The notes under the pieces were generated by a model. It worked only from the letters and a program-made list of their open reading frames with translations, did not search any database and was not told the DNA's origin. A DNA stretch of 61,775 nucleotides, filler included, from Sphacelaria rigidula (Eukaryota): assembly GCA_964200075.2 (NCBI GenBank). It is 10 parts of 10 records of this genome, joined end to end, with 100 filler letters (N's around TTAATTAATTAA, not from the genome) between each part and the next. Parts side by side here need not be neighbours in the genome. Positions count along the whole stretch, not along the records: positions 49,502 to 55,588 come from CAXNAA020022326.1; positions 55,689 to 61,775 come from CAXNAA020022327.1; 8 more parts are not named here. One strand, 5' to 3'. The translations under genes and the position numbers were made by a program. The stretch's first letter is position 1. Every line of letters starts with the position of its first letter. Positions 49,898 to 61,775 of this stretch are shown here, in pieces.

Positions 49898-52874
49898 GTG
49901 AAGGTGTCAGTTTGGGGCGTGAGGTCGTTATTGAAGGAATTTTCTCAACTCGTGATCACCGTAGGTTCCATCGTCCCGGTGAAAGCGCACTGATTTATAT
50001 GTACATTGTACCATGTACGTAGCACACTGTCTAGTAATATTTTATGACCAGATGACTTTGTTCACACAGTGCACCTACCTGCTGCACTCGCTTACGGCGA
50101 ATTGCGAAGGACCAATCTGGGCGCTGCCCAAGATGACGTAAAATGATCCCGTCTCATGAATCACAAAAATATCCACCGACGGCTGACGACACGACAAGGC
50201 ATGGTGAAAGTAAACACAATCGAATGTTGAGGACTTGAAGGACAAATTGTCAGAATGATACCTGTTCGTGGAAGTTAGTTTGCGCCACTGCGAAACCCCG
50301 GAGCGACGTTTCTCGCAATGATGAAAACAAAAATACATTTTTTTGCGCTGTCGGTATTACGGTGAGCCCGTATGAATGAAACCCATCACACAAACCTTCA
50401 GACCACAGGTCACAAGCACGACAATTCAGATTCCCACTTAATATGTACCGAACTGTCTGTCAAACAACACGGCTTCCTCCTCCTCCTCCTACGTTGTGGA
50501 CTGCGTCCATCCCTTGGGTGTAATTCAGATCGTTCATGATTCTCTTTTGTCAACACTGCCCTCGCAGACGCTAGTTGATGCAGCTGGAAGTGAACACGAC
50601 TCCCCCACCCTGAACCTTCCTGAAACAATAATTCCTACTGGGTACAGTATGTGGACATATATATATATATATATATATATGAAGTGTTGTGTGAATTTGT
50701 ATGTGCGTATCACCATATGCGCAGATGATCGGGATACCCGCGAGCCGTAACTTAGACCGTTACGACAGTGACGAGACACGGACCATTCCGAAAGGCCCCG
50801 TCTCTTCAATAAGTGTTGGACTCGTGACCCTAGGCAACAGCCCATGTTATCCATCTAGAGCGCTATACCACGAGGTTAGGAGCACACGCTCGTTCACGAC
50901 TTGACTCACCTCTTTGTCGTTCCGAATATTGAGTGATACATGACAGGTGATAAGTGACACATGACAAATGACACATGACACACGATATGTGACACATGAC
51001 ACATGTCATGAAGAAGTCCGCCTTGCCTACCCTTCGACATGTGGACTACTCTGAGGGGCATCAGCAGGGAAATCGATAGTCACCCCTTCTGATAGTCACC
51101 CCTTCTTCCGCTGTCTCCCGTGTCCCACCGTAGAGTAAGCACCAAGAGGTTGTTCAGACTGCAGTTGGACAGACAGAATACACTTTTTCACTGTACACGA
51201 AAAAAAGTAACTCATAGGCCCAACACATCGGGTTCATCTGGATAAAGCGTGGTGATCTCTAAAAATACGTTCTCACTCTAGTGACACCCATTACTTCATA
51301 GACGTCGACCTACTCGGCAGTACTTGCAATCCTCCAAAAGTCAGGCGCTAATGTGTGGTGTACGATATTACTGTTGCTGTATATGTATACCATCTTCCTT
51401 CGAGTATAAACACGAGGGACGTATTACAACCGCCTTCGAATAATAGACAAACACAGGTCGATCCATTTCCGACAGCAGTTTGTGCAAACAATCCACGTTG
51501 CTCCGAAGTTCACGTGACGTTATTCAACGACTCGGGTTTAAGGTAACAGTATGCTTCCTCTGTCGTATAAGTAGAGGTCCTTATGGTTTCACACACCCTT
51601 AACGGTGTCCGACGCCGCAGGCGATATTTTTTTCGAAATCTTCGTTGTCATATGCGAATATTCTGCACGCACCACCCTGCATGCATGAACGGCCGGAAAA
51701 AAACAGTCGGCCCAAAAGAGGCCGTATTTCGCCCCTTTTCCAGAGGGGAAAAAGTGTCGGAAGAAAACGAAAAAGCATTTTCGTCAGTCGTCCTCGCCGT
51801 CACTGGGGCTTGATGCTAGATAGTCCCAGGCCTTTGTAAACAGCGCAGCATTTCTCCGCACTCCGGCGCATCAGCTGCCAGTATTTGATTCTTCCGTTTG
51901 TGATGGACCGCATCTCCTGTTTTTTCCCGGGAATTTGCGCTCTCGTCGCGAAATTTCACGGAATTTCACGTTTTCTGCCACTTCAGCACCACTGACTACT
52001 CCACTTTTCTCGGTTGTTTTCTCTGAGGGAACCCGTCACTCAGGGAACCCTTTTCTTTGAGACGCGGGACTTCGCTAGCCGTTGGCCCCTCCTTCGTGCT
52101 AGTGACCACCACTGTCCGCTAGCGAATCTCGTACTTCTCTTTTCGGAATTCAGCGCAATCTGATACCCCGGCACCTCTCGGAATTTTTACCTGAGAGAGG
52201 CCTGAAAATGATGCCGTTCCATTAAGGGGCGGTCGGCCGTTTCCCTGTGACAAATGCCATCTCCTGCTGGCCGTCCGCACCTCTCTCACTGTTGGCCACA
52301 CCTACCTCTCTTCTCCTCCATCATTACCCAACTTGCCGCTCTTCTGCAGCATTTTGTTTTGTTGGAGCTCACCGCATGCAGCGCCGTGGCGCGAAGGTGC
52401 CCCGTGCATCCAAGGGTCGTATGCTATGACAGCCAATATGAAAATCCGACCTTTGTCAAGTAAAAATGATCCCGATTCCAAAAACCAACACCTCCCGCGC
52501 TGAAGGTGTTCCCTGGAAGCTTGTGGCCTAGCGGGGAACGCGGCGTCGACCACTTTCATAGTGAGTTCTTCCGTACGTCAGTGCCACGCTATGGCGCAAA
52601 CGTGCCCGGTACATCCGAGAGTCGTGTGTTATGACAACCACAAGTGGAGGCCAGTGTGAACATTCGCAGCAGGTGGATCGCTGCTGGAAATTTTTATGCC
52701 TCGAGACTTTCTGCTTGGAGCCGTACGGTTTGACTTCTTCGCGAACTGTGTCTCACTACAGCTGTATTTGCTACAGTAATACCAGGGCCGTTGATTGCGT
52801 GTACCGGGGCTATTCTCCTCAGATTGGGCCATAGAATTCCAGAGAATTTATCGCTTCTCGTCTTTTGCGTAGCT

Positions 52875-53747
52875 GGATAGCTGTGGTCGGCGGACGTGCA
52901 CATCGATTTCTTCATCACATCATTTTAGTCGCTACCTGCTGTACTGCTGTGTATTGCCATGTACGACCCATGATGAACTACCGCCGCGGTCAAACGGTTG
53001 GCCCTTTGACGGCGAGGGTAGCTCACCTGTTAAATCGGCATCAATTTCAGCTGAAAAAGTATGCTTGATTCCGATGACCGACCCTCACTCAAACGGTCAA
53101 CCCTTCGACCGCGAGGGTAGTTCACCTGCTGAATTGGAATCAATTTCACGGGAAAAAGTATGCGTGATCCAGATGGACTACCCGCATCGCGGTGTAAGGG
53201 TTAGTTAAGCCTTTGACCACCAGGGTAGGCGATCTGGACCATTGACGATTCAACAGATGACCTATAATATATGGTGGCGGTGAAAGAGTCAGATTATTTC
53301 GTATCATTAACACGAGACATGTACCAGCACAATATATCCACGCATCTATATCTGGGCGCACCGAGCAGCCCTTGGTCACTGCGCTCTAGGCTACAGTACA
53401 GGAGTTGTAAAGTGAGATGAAGTAAAACTGGCACAGTACTACAGTACACACGCAGTTGTGAGCAGTGTGGTGGCGTACTATGTTCAAACATCCAACTGCC
53501 AGAGAGTGAAATTCGCCGCGTCGAATAAAATGATGTAACCCACCAGTCGTTCCTGCGTCACGAAGGGCGTTTTTTTTCAAGTACCGAGGAGACGTTGTAG
53601 TTTGGTGCCGAGCACATTGAGCATATACCTTTCGATGATTGTACGAGGAGTTCAGCCACGAACCAAAGCTTGAACGGAATCGCGGAACCCTTTGACCGAG
53701 GATAGGTAGTTCATCTGGCTATGATAACATGCTTGCGAGGTTCAGAA
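52875..53747 (+). mobile_element. Non-autonomous element homologous to 15994-17240
   Basis: Colinear similarity including GAGATTATTTCGTATC and CATCCAACTGCCAGAGA; tandem subunits related to the 99-bp MITE. Confidence 0.75.
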
Positions 53748-55056
53748 CTAGGCTTTCACTTATTGTGCTAGTAGGGTCACTTTTTTATGCTAGTAATCTC
53801 ACCAAAAAATATTCTCGTAAAGCGGAATTTATGCTCGCATTTTTGCTCGTAATATCCGGCAAGGATGTCATTTTCGACCGGATACGGAGCCACCGATCAC
53901 TATATGCATGCTGTATACACACGAAATACTACCTGCCTGCATGAGGACGCTTGAATGCCGTATTTTCTTGTTGTCGTACACGGTGCATCATTGTATATCG
54001 TTGCGCACTACATGTACTGCATCCCGTGCTAGATGCCGCTCCCCCCCCCTGCCGTATTGACAAGATTTATGGCAGACAACCTGCTGATTCGAATTTCCAT
54101 CACGATCTGGCACAATCAGTGTACGTTGCGCACATCCTGCGAAGGCCGATGCAGATGCACCTCATCATGACTCTAAAAAATGACAAGTCACGAAGTCACA
54201 CGATGTGTTCACTCGTCGCCTGTTCCATGTCGAGGGACTCGTGTCCAAGGACAACGACAAACGAGATACTGACATTTGATTGATTGATTGATTGATTGAT
54301 TATATCACATTAGCTGATTGCAACAACCCAGCCCGTGGTCAGGAGCAGCAAAAAATAGAACAGAATAATAAGAAAAGAAAATCAGAAAAAGAGGAACAGA
54401 AAACGACAGGAGCAACAACGGCCTCAGGAAGGAAAGAAAGGGGGCAGCGATAACAACAAAAAACAACACCACCACCAATGAGAACAAACAACAAGAACAT
54501 TATTGATGAATGATTGTTAGATTGATCGTCTCGCATGAATCGATCCACTTCTGATCCAGCTGAGGTCGCAAGATGGGTACAGCCCAGGAATCAAGATGCA
54601 AAAAAAGAAACAGACAGGGGTAGAAACTGGGAAAAATACTGGAGTAGACGAGAAGAATAAAGTAGTAGCCGGAGAAAGTACAGAACCAAAACACACAAAA
54701 AAACAAATGGGACGCCAATATATATATATATATTTATATATATTTATAGGTACACGTGGGCTTCCCACCTGTCCCCCACATCCCACATCCAAACGGTCCC
54801 GAGATGCCCTTCATTGAAGTTCCTCGAATACATGCCGAGCAATACGCTGGGATCCTTTGCTTCGCTTGTTCACAACGGTACTGCAACGTTTTTCAGACCT
54901 GCGACCGATCACACTGGCACTTTGAATGTCTAGTTCCAGAGCATACACGTATTTGAGACCCGCGGTCGATGATAGCAAAGTTTTCGCCCAAATATCACAG
55001 CAGGCCAGCATTTAGATCACGTTGTATGACAACCAATCCCGTATTTGTACAAATAC

Positions 55057-55434
55057 GAGGATTTCAGCCCGTTAAAATCCGATTTTCTCGCTTGGATCGG
55101 TCTTTCGGACCCCAGTCCGTTGGGCAATGTTTTTCGCCTAGCTCTAAGGAAACCAGATCAATTCACCGATTCTCTGGACGCTTACTTTTGGTCCATAAAC
55201 GTTCTCCGTAGACGGGAAGACTCCCGCATCTCCCCCGAAGCTGGGGCCCAAATCGGGGGAGATGCGGGAGTCCCCCGATCTGAGCATAAAGGTGATGGAC
55301 CAAAAGTCAACGCCCAGAGAATCGGAGAATTGATCTGGTTTCCTCAGAGCTAGGCGAAAAACATTGCCCAACAGACTGGGGTCCGAAAAATCAATCCATC
55401 GGAGGAAATCAGATTTAAACAGGCTGAAATCTTC
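55057..55434. mobile_element. 378-bp palindromic foldback/MITE
   Basis: GAGGATTTCAGCC…GGCTGAAATCTTC with long complementary arms centred near 55245. Confidence 0.85.
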
Positions 55435-55723
55435 ATTTTTTTTTTCTTCCTCACACTTTGAACCCCTTCCCTTCCTCGGGATGAGTCCATGGTCTCAAGG
55501 GATCAACCCACTTCTCCCCCGGTACGTGCCTTTCATTTTGATCTCGCGAATTGGATCAGCATTCCCGCACCGAGTCAACTCACGTCACNNNNNNNNNNNN
55601 NNNNNNNNNNNNNNNNNNNNNNNNNNNNNNNNTTAATTAATTAANNNNNNNNNNNNNNNNNNNNNNNNNNNNNNNNNNNNNNNNNNNNCGTCCGCGACCT
55701 CTCCGCTCGCGGCCCGGCCGGGG

Positions 55724-55760
<37 letters not shown>

Positions 55761-56136
55761 ATTTTGGGCCGTTTTTTCCCACGAAATTCCACTTCAATCG
55801 CCGTTGAAAGCAGCCGACAGTTGCTCGGACGCGCTTGCTTCGGATAAATAACGCTCACTCATACTGCTTTACACCGCTTCTACCGAAAAACAAGCGCACC
55901 GCGAGTGTCTTGGGTCGTTTGACGCATCTGGGAGCACATTTTGCCGTGGAATCGAACACCCTCCCCCCTATCGTAGCATGGCCCTTGAGTACACAACATC
56001 AGAGCTTCTAGTTCAGAGCAAGTAGGATGAACAGGTCGAACGCGCTTCGAGCAAAAACGGCGACATGCTCAGAGATCAACCAACAATCGACTTCTGGGTA
56101 ATGACTGACAAGAAAGAGAATGAGTGTATGTAGTAC

Positions 56137-56344
56137 CTTCTTCTGCTTCTCCTCCTCCTCCTCCTTGCCTGTTCATCTCTTGTAGCATCGCGCCCGTGGC
56201 CGTAACGGCGTCCGCAACGGTGTCATAGTCCCCTCGTACATCTCGTGGGGTCAGTATCCTATCCAGCGGAAAGACATCTAACACGGTGCTTTGGAGATTT
56301 AAGAAGGCTGTTCTGTCCGCGTCAGGGGTATTGTGTCCGCATAT
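56137..56344 (-). CDS. Ca2+-dependent PI-specific phospholipase C-like (PI-PLC-C1 type), exon
   Basis: ACAG|ATA…G|GTACTA: ICGHNTPDADRTAFLNLQSTVLDVFPLDRILTPRDVRGDYDTVADAVTA…, fitting the family motif VF..DRLITPDDVRG.Y.TL.EAV. Confidence 0.8.
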
Positions 56345-57168
56345 CTGTCGTTTTTAACCACGCCACGCGAAGGGACAGGGAGGGTGCAAAGAATGCGCAG
56401 CTAAGCACATATGCCCCAGGAGGAGGGATGGCGAGGTGGGGCGGGCGAAGCAGAAGAGGGAGCTTGAGATACGGTCGGTCTGGTTCGAAACTCGAGCCGG
56501 TGTGGAGTTTGTAGAGCTCCAAAAGCATGCTCTAGGCCCTGCGCGTATACTCATTTTCCCGACTGCGCCTTTTGCTCCCTGCTTTTTGTTCCAATCAAGG
56601 AGAGACTAGACCAATTATTGATAACCCAAGCATCTGACTTTCACCTGGAGTCGCTCCGGAACCTTCGTTGAGCCATAGGTTCACCCGAGTACCCCTACTG
56701 CTACTTATCATCTTACACTACAAGGACAGTGTGGGTAGGTGCGCATTCATTACCTTACAGTTGTGTCCGGAAACATCACTCGTGATAGGTGAACTGCAGA
56801 CCCTGTTAAATCCCGCTGAAACCTTTGATTCGTGCAGAGAGGGAACTGACATTTCCGAACCAGCTACATCATCAGTGATGTCTGATTCCCGTAATTGTTT
56901 GATTCGGGACCGTTTGTATGCTGCTGGGTCTTGAATCAATACATGCGTGTGTCTAAAAAGAGAAAGAAAAATACAGCTCTCAACCATCGATGTACAAGTT
57001 CAAATGATGATTGATCCCGGCCGAGCTGTAACGGTCAAGGCGATTTGGACTGGAAAAACCTAAACATGATGAGGAAACGATGCATTCCACCGCCATTTGA
57101 TGATGCGAGACCTAGCGCCAACAACCCTAACCGCCCCTTCCCTTCTCTTGTTCCCCGCCTTCTCGTAC

Positions 57169-57325
57169 CGGCATGAAGTCCCCGGTGAGCTTGAGTTCGA
57201 CGTCGATGAACAAGATGTGATGGGTAGGGTTAGCATCGCTCCAGCTTTTGATCTCTTCCAAGCATGACGACAGGCAGTTGCATGTGGACAGAGGATCCAA
57301 CACGGAAATATGGTATACGAACCAT
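57169..57325 (-). CDS. Ca2+-dependent PI-specific phospholipase C-like, exon
   Basis: AAAG|A…CCG|GTACGA: WFVYHISVLDPLSTCNCLSSCLEEIKSWSDANPTHHILFIDVELK…, fitting V.HI..LD..S.C..L..CL..I..WSDA.P.H..IFI.VELK. Joins the next exon in phase 0. Confidence 0.85.
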
Positions 57326-57668
57326 CTTTCCAATGTGGAGAACACACCATGGGGGTAACCAGGGGCAAAACAACACACCAGGGGAGGGAAGGGCAGGTTG
57401 AGGGGGTGGGCGGGAGTGGGCGGTTGTCACATTTACATCTGCTTGAGAATAGTAAATGAAATCAATGCAGGTGCGAACATGCAGCGTAAGCGAATATTTC
57501 GAGCGAGCATTTCCGTGCAAAGTTACGATATGCTTGGGGGGGGGGGGAGGGAACCTCAATTGTTGCTTGCCTCGTTTGACCATATATGCTCGGGGGGAGG
57601 CTGCAGCATTATTTGCGTTCCTGATTACTTAGCTGAGAACAACACACTCCCACGCAAGGGGGGCCATA

Positions 57669-57998
57669 CACTATCGTGCAACCTCTATCTGGGATACTAT
57701 ACCCATCTAAGGTATCTATCTGGTGTATCATATCCATCTGAGACATCGGCGTGGGATATCATTCCGACATATCAGACCCATTCAGAATATCCTTCCGGGG
57801 TATTGACATCGACCTGGGACATGGCTGTCCATCTGGGATATGAACCTCTACTGGGGATACCCATCTGGGATGTCCATCGGGAACGTGGATCTGGGAGACC
57901 CATGCGGGATGGTTATATCCCATGTGGATACATTAGATCGGCCTAATATATTAGATGGATAGGACGTCCATATCCCAGATGAAGGTTGCACGATAATG
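57669..57998. mobile_element. 330-bp TIR element with internal CCATCTGGGATA-like repeats
   Basis: CACTATCGTGCAACCT…ATCTGGGATA pairs with TATCCCAGAT…AGGTTGCACGATAATG. Confidence 0.65.
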
Positions 57999-58997
57999 CA
58001 AGACCGTGCACGCCAGCCTGACTATCGCGGGCGCTACCGGCTAGCTGGTCACCTACTTGCCGCCAAACCCTCCGCATACATGAACACCCATGTCGTGGTA
58101 CGCACCAATACCAGCTGGCTAGGATTGCGTTGGTCGGCGGAGAGGGGTGGTGGTACTGGGTATAATAGTGTAAGAGTCGCGGAGGCCCTAGAAGTGGGAT
58201 GATCGGCAAATATTCAGGCAAGGGCGCCGGGCGGTCGTGACACACTTCCCGAAGTCACCGACCGGGAAAATTGTTCGGCTATCGGGCGCAGTTGTTGTCA
58301 CCCTGTTTCCAGAGTCCTTGACACTCTACTCTTGTTGAAGATTCTGTGTGCTTGTTGTGGAATCGCCTGATCACACTCGACTCTGAATTGAACAGCTGTT
58401 GACACCAAATGAGAACATCATCCTCGCACAGAAGATTGATTATTGATTCCCGCGCGCGCTGTGTCGGCGCTCCAGTTGTAGAGTCTGGCTTCATGGATGT
58501 ACTGTAGTAGTGCGTGCACGCACAGGTTGATTATCCTGAGGTAAGTCTCTCGTTGGGGATAAGACAGCTAGCGAGCTGTCGGTCGTGGGAAATGGTCGTC
58601 ATAGATGTTGTCTAGGGGACCGGAAATACGAACCCGCAGGATCATCAGGGACGTGTTTTCCACAGAATTTGCATACACACACATAGAAAAGTGTGGTACT
58701 CAACGAATCTGCTACATTATTAATTCGAGTGCGTGAAATCAAAGTAGAGGCACTATTATAGCAACCCAACATAATAATGTTCGAGCAAGGTTCATCACGT
58801 ACGAGTTGCGGCATGGCATGCGTCCTCAAGGGAGACCAATTACTTTTCAAATCGTCTCGGGGAGGTGAAGTGACGAAGGCGACATCTGCGGGAAAGGGCT
58901 AATCGTGTTTCTGGCGTGGTACCGCATGCTGCTGTCTTCCGACCGCTGATCTTAACTCCTTTCAGTGACGGGGCGAATGGAGGCGACGGATGCTTAC

Positions 58998-59026
58998 CCT
59001 CCTGGGTTTCTAATGAACGATTCTAG
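58998..59026 (-). CDS. Candidate upstream micro-exon of the PI-PLC gene
   Basis: TTTCAG|LESFIRNPG(G)|GTAAGC; strong donor and phase-2 end compatible with the 57325 exon. The acceptor could lie further upstream (59112 or 59139). Confidence 0.35.
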
Positions 59027-59184
59027 CTGAAAGTAATCATACATTCTTTGGTATGTTTCACTGGCGAAAACAGTTTTATCAATGTTGTATCGTGTATCTC
59101 GGACAGTGGCACCTTGCACATTTGGCAGGAGCGATACCACTTTTTCAATAGGGAGAAGATTAGAGAGAAGGGAAGGGGAGAGGA

Positions 59185-59322
59185 GGGGGGCGAACTCATT
59201 GGTTACTTGCGTTAGTCGGTTGACCGTTGACCACGCATCCCTTTCGAGACGGAGCACCGTTGCTACTTCTTATAGAGACAACTCCAATATTTGGACGCTC
59301 ATTACGTTTCTTTCGTACATTC
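59185..59322 (-). mobile_element. Short LINE 3'-end copy adjacent to the longer LINE
   Basis: Direct repeat of 59344-59475, starting at a G-run. Confidence 0.8.
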
Positions 59323-59330
59323 AAGGGGAC

Positions 59331-61320
59331 GGGGGGGGGGGGAGGGGGTACTCATTTGTCGTCTGCCTTAGTCATTGACCATTTACTGCGCATCCCTTCG
59401 AGACGGAGCATCGTTCCTATTCCTTACAGAGGCACCTTTGATATCTGGGTGCTCATTACGTTTTCCCGTACATCATACAAGAATCTTTCGCATATCTTAT
59501 TTTCTTCTGGTTTCGCCGTCTGTGGCCATTCTCCATCTCCTAGTATAGGGACCGTTTCTTCGCTATCATCAAAATGCCGAACGATTTCACGCCACTTTCA
59601 TTTATTTCCCGTGTTTCCACTCTAACACGTCCCGTTCTCTTTAGTTTAGTTCGCACTCTCCGACTACATTAGTTATACTCTACACTGCTTTGCCGCAGGA
59701 GAAATTGTTTGCATCTACTTCCTCCTCCACCCGACTACTGAGATGTGCCTTTCTTTTCTCTAGCAAGTCCAGGTCCCCCACCCGAAATCACAGTTTTAGC
59801 TTTGTTGCATAGTTCATTGGGTCGTGCAAATATCTTTTCATCCCTATCCCTTCTCTCATCTCCCCGTACATCTTCAGGTGTTGTTCATCGTTCACTTTGT
59901 TTCTTGACGCTAGTTCTTTCGGTTACTTCTATTTCCTTGTTTACTTTCGTTTTGCACCCGCTACATTCACCTATGAACATTATCTCGTCTTGGTTCCATT
60001 CTATGTATGTCCATACTCTCTCGAGTCCTTTATCCCACCTTTTTTCAACCCGCGCTTTGGATCACTTTCTTTCATACAGCCTTATCAATTATGGCTGGCA
60101 ATATCTTTCTTGGCATGTTCCTTTTGTCACATTGCCATTCATATTTCCTCAGGTCCCCATTTGTTTCATTCAACTGGGTACACCCCCAGTTTCGCTGTCA
60201 ATCCTGTATTACTCGCCGTACATGAGGATTTTCTTAATTGCTGCCATCTGCGCTGTTACCAGCTACTTCACGAACCTTTTGCCGCCTTCCTGTACTTCTC
60301 CCGCGTATTCTAGCTTTGATACAAACACATTCATCAGAACATGTTCCTTGATCCTGGTATCGAGGAACGAGTTTTTCAGGATCACGCACGTTCACCCTGC
60401 CAATCTGTGCCTTACCGTTTCCCATTTCTTTATCCATTTGTGCATTTCAAGAACATTTGTTTTGAGATTTCTTCGCCAAGATTTTCATACTGGTATACGA
60501 CCGGTAGTTCCTCGTTTCCCCACTTCCATTCGAAGTTCATGACCCCTCCTCGTCTTCGTTGCATACAAATATCGCGCATTTGTTTACTGTGCATTCGCTG
60601 TCACTCTCCATTTTCTAGTGTTCTAGCGCCTTCTCTATCTGTTCCTGAAAGCCATATCTGATATCCCAATGAAATCACTCGCGAACATCAATCCCGATAC
60701 CGTATTTCCCGCTCCCACCTTGACTCCTTCCTTTGCTACTTCTATTGCTATTATCCGGTCAGCAATAAATCCTTCGAATGCAGTGGGTGATACTGTGCAT
60801 CCTTGCGTAACTCCTGGTAACATATAACATATTCCGATATTTTCTCATCTAGCATCATAGTACGTCTCGCACATGCTGCCATCTTTTTCACTATTCTTCA
60901 CGTCTTTCCTGTGACCGCAGTTTCCCACATCTTTTTCCACAGCCCATTTCTCCGCATTGTGGCACAGGCCTTCTGTATGTCTAAAAAAAGAAACGGCACA
61001 TTGTCGACTCCGCGTCTTTTCTACCTTGACCAATCTTGCCTTACATGTACGCATGGCCTACGCAGCTACGGTTTGGCCAAGACTCTGTCTACCCCTCGCT
61101 GATTTCTTCTTTCCTCTCCAGCATCGTTCCCACTCTATCATTCAGAGTATTACAGAATGTTTTGCCTACGGTGCTCAGCATTATCCCTCTACAGTTCCCT
61201 GGGTCGGCCTTGTCTCCTTTCTTGCAAAGGTTTAGCATTACTCTTTTTCTCCACATCTTGGGTGTGCACGCGGTTTCCCAGACATATCATACAATATACC
61301 CATCAGGGTACTCATTCCCG
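59331..61320 (-). mobile_element. Degenerate non-LTR retrotransposon (LINE) ORF2: RT and C-terminus, 5'-truncated
   Basis: Minus-strand KKGDKADPGNCRGI, FLDIQKA, GVTQGCTVSPTAF, LMFASDF (YADD equivalent), decayed C-terminal Cys/His motif (SCGKAV…VVGECE). The coding region runs almost to the oligo-C terminus. Confidence 0.9.
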
Positions 61321-61327
61321 AAGGCGA

Positions 61328-61775
61328 GGGGGGGTGTACTCATGACCATGCGTGCCATAGTCGTGTGACCATTGACCTCGCATCCCTACAAAGCCGGGAC
61401 GGAGCACGTCAGGTTTTCACCGGACCGGGCTCGCAATCAATCACCAAGCGCGAAGCGCAGTGATGTGTTCGGCGAGTCGCATGGAGGGTGAGCTGCGTTC
61501 CACCAAGATTGTTCGGCCCGAAGCGAAATGGTATTCTTGCATTTGGATGACAACCTTCAATGCGTTGCTTTATTTTCTGGTATCGTCACTTCCAGAGACA
61601 GCCACGGCTTTTACACTGTATCATGAGTGCCTCACCATCCCCATGGGGGTGTACTCATGATCATGCGATAGTCATGAGACCATTGACTGTGGCATGATCA
61701 TGAGTACACCCCCATGAGGTCCCCTAACCCCATCTCCATGGGGGGGGGGGTGCTCATCATCATGCATGCCATAGT
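61328..61775 (-). mobile_element. Cluster of LINE-tail copies (61328-61640, 61645-61713 head-to-head pair, 61740-61775)
   Basis: Repeated GGGGGTGTACTCATGATCATGC termini. Confidence 0.8.

Noticed and set aside
29316..57325. NOS-like, CYP74, histidine kinase and PLC pieces as a defence-signalling gene cluster
   Set aside because: Each lies on a separate contig joined only by length sorting.
59745..60542. 265-aa hydrophobic plus-strand ORF
   Set aside because: Antisense to the purine-rich LINE ORF2.

Overview
This is eukaryotic, intron- and repeat-rich DNA, most likely from a brown alga (Phaeophyceae). That assignment is an inference from the EsV-1-7 repeat gene, the CYP74-clan P450 and the short exons in long introns. 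The window is not contiguous genome: it is ten contigs (five of 6088 bp, then five of 6087 bp) joined by artificial 100-bp N44-TTAATTAATTAA-N44 spacers, apparently sorted by length, so adjacency across spacers has no biological meaning. Host gene pieces, mostly hidden from the ORF track: an EsV-1-7 Cys-repeat gene (minus strand, runs off the left edge); the last exon of a Cys-rich repeat protein; one exon of a diflavin-reductase FMN domain that resembles nitric oxide synthase, with its acceptor and 5' half tandemly duplicated; three exons of a CYP74-clan P450; a histidine-kinase N-box exon; and two or three exons of a bacterial-type Ca2+-dependent PI-phospholipase C. Mobile DNA: a decayed Ty1/Copia pol, a decayed LINE plus about a dozen dispersed copies of its oligo-C-tailed 3' end, a pogo/Fot1-like transposase remnant, a tRNA-derived SINE, TTAA-flanked 99-bp MITEs and several foldback elements. 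No CRISPR array, rRNA or intact tRNA gene is supported, and no multi-gene system can be claimed. All family assignments come from motif recognition by eye; no searches were run.
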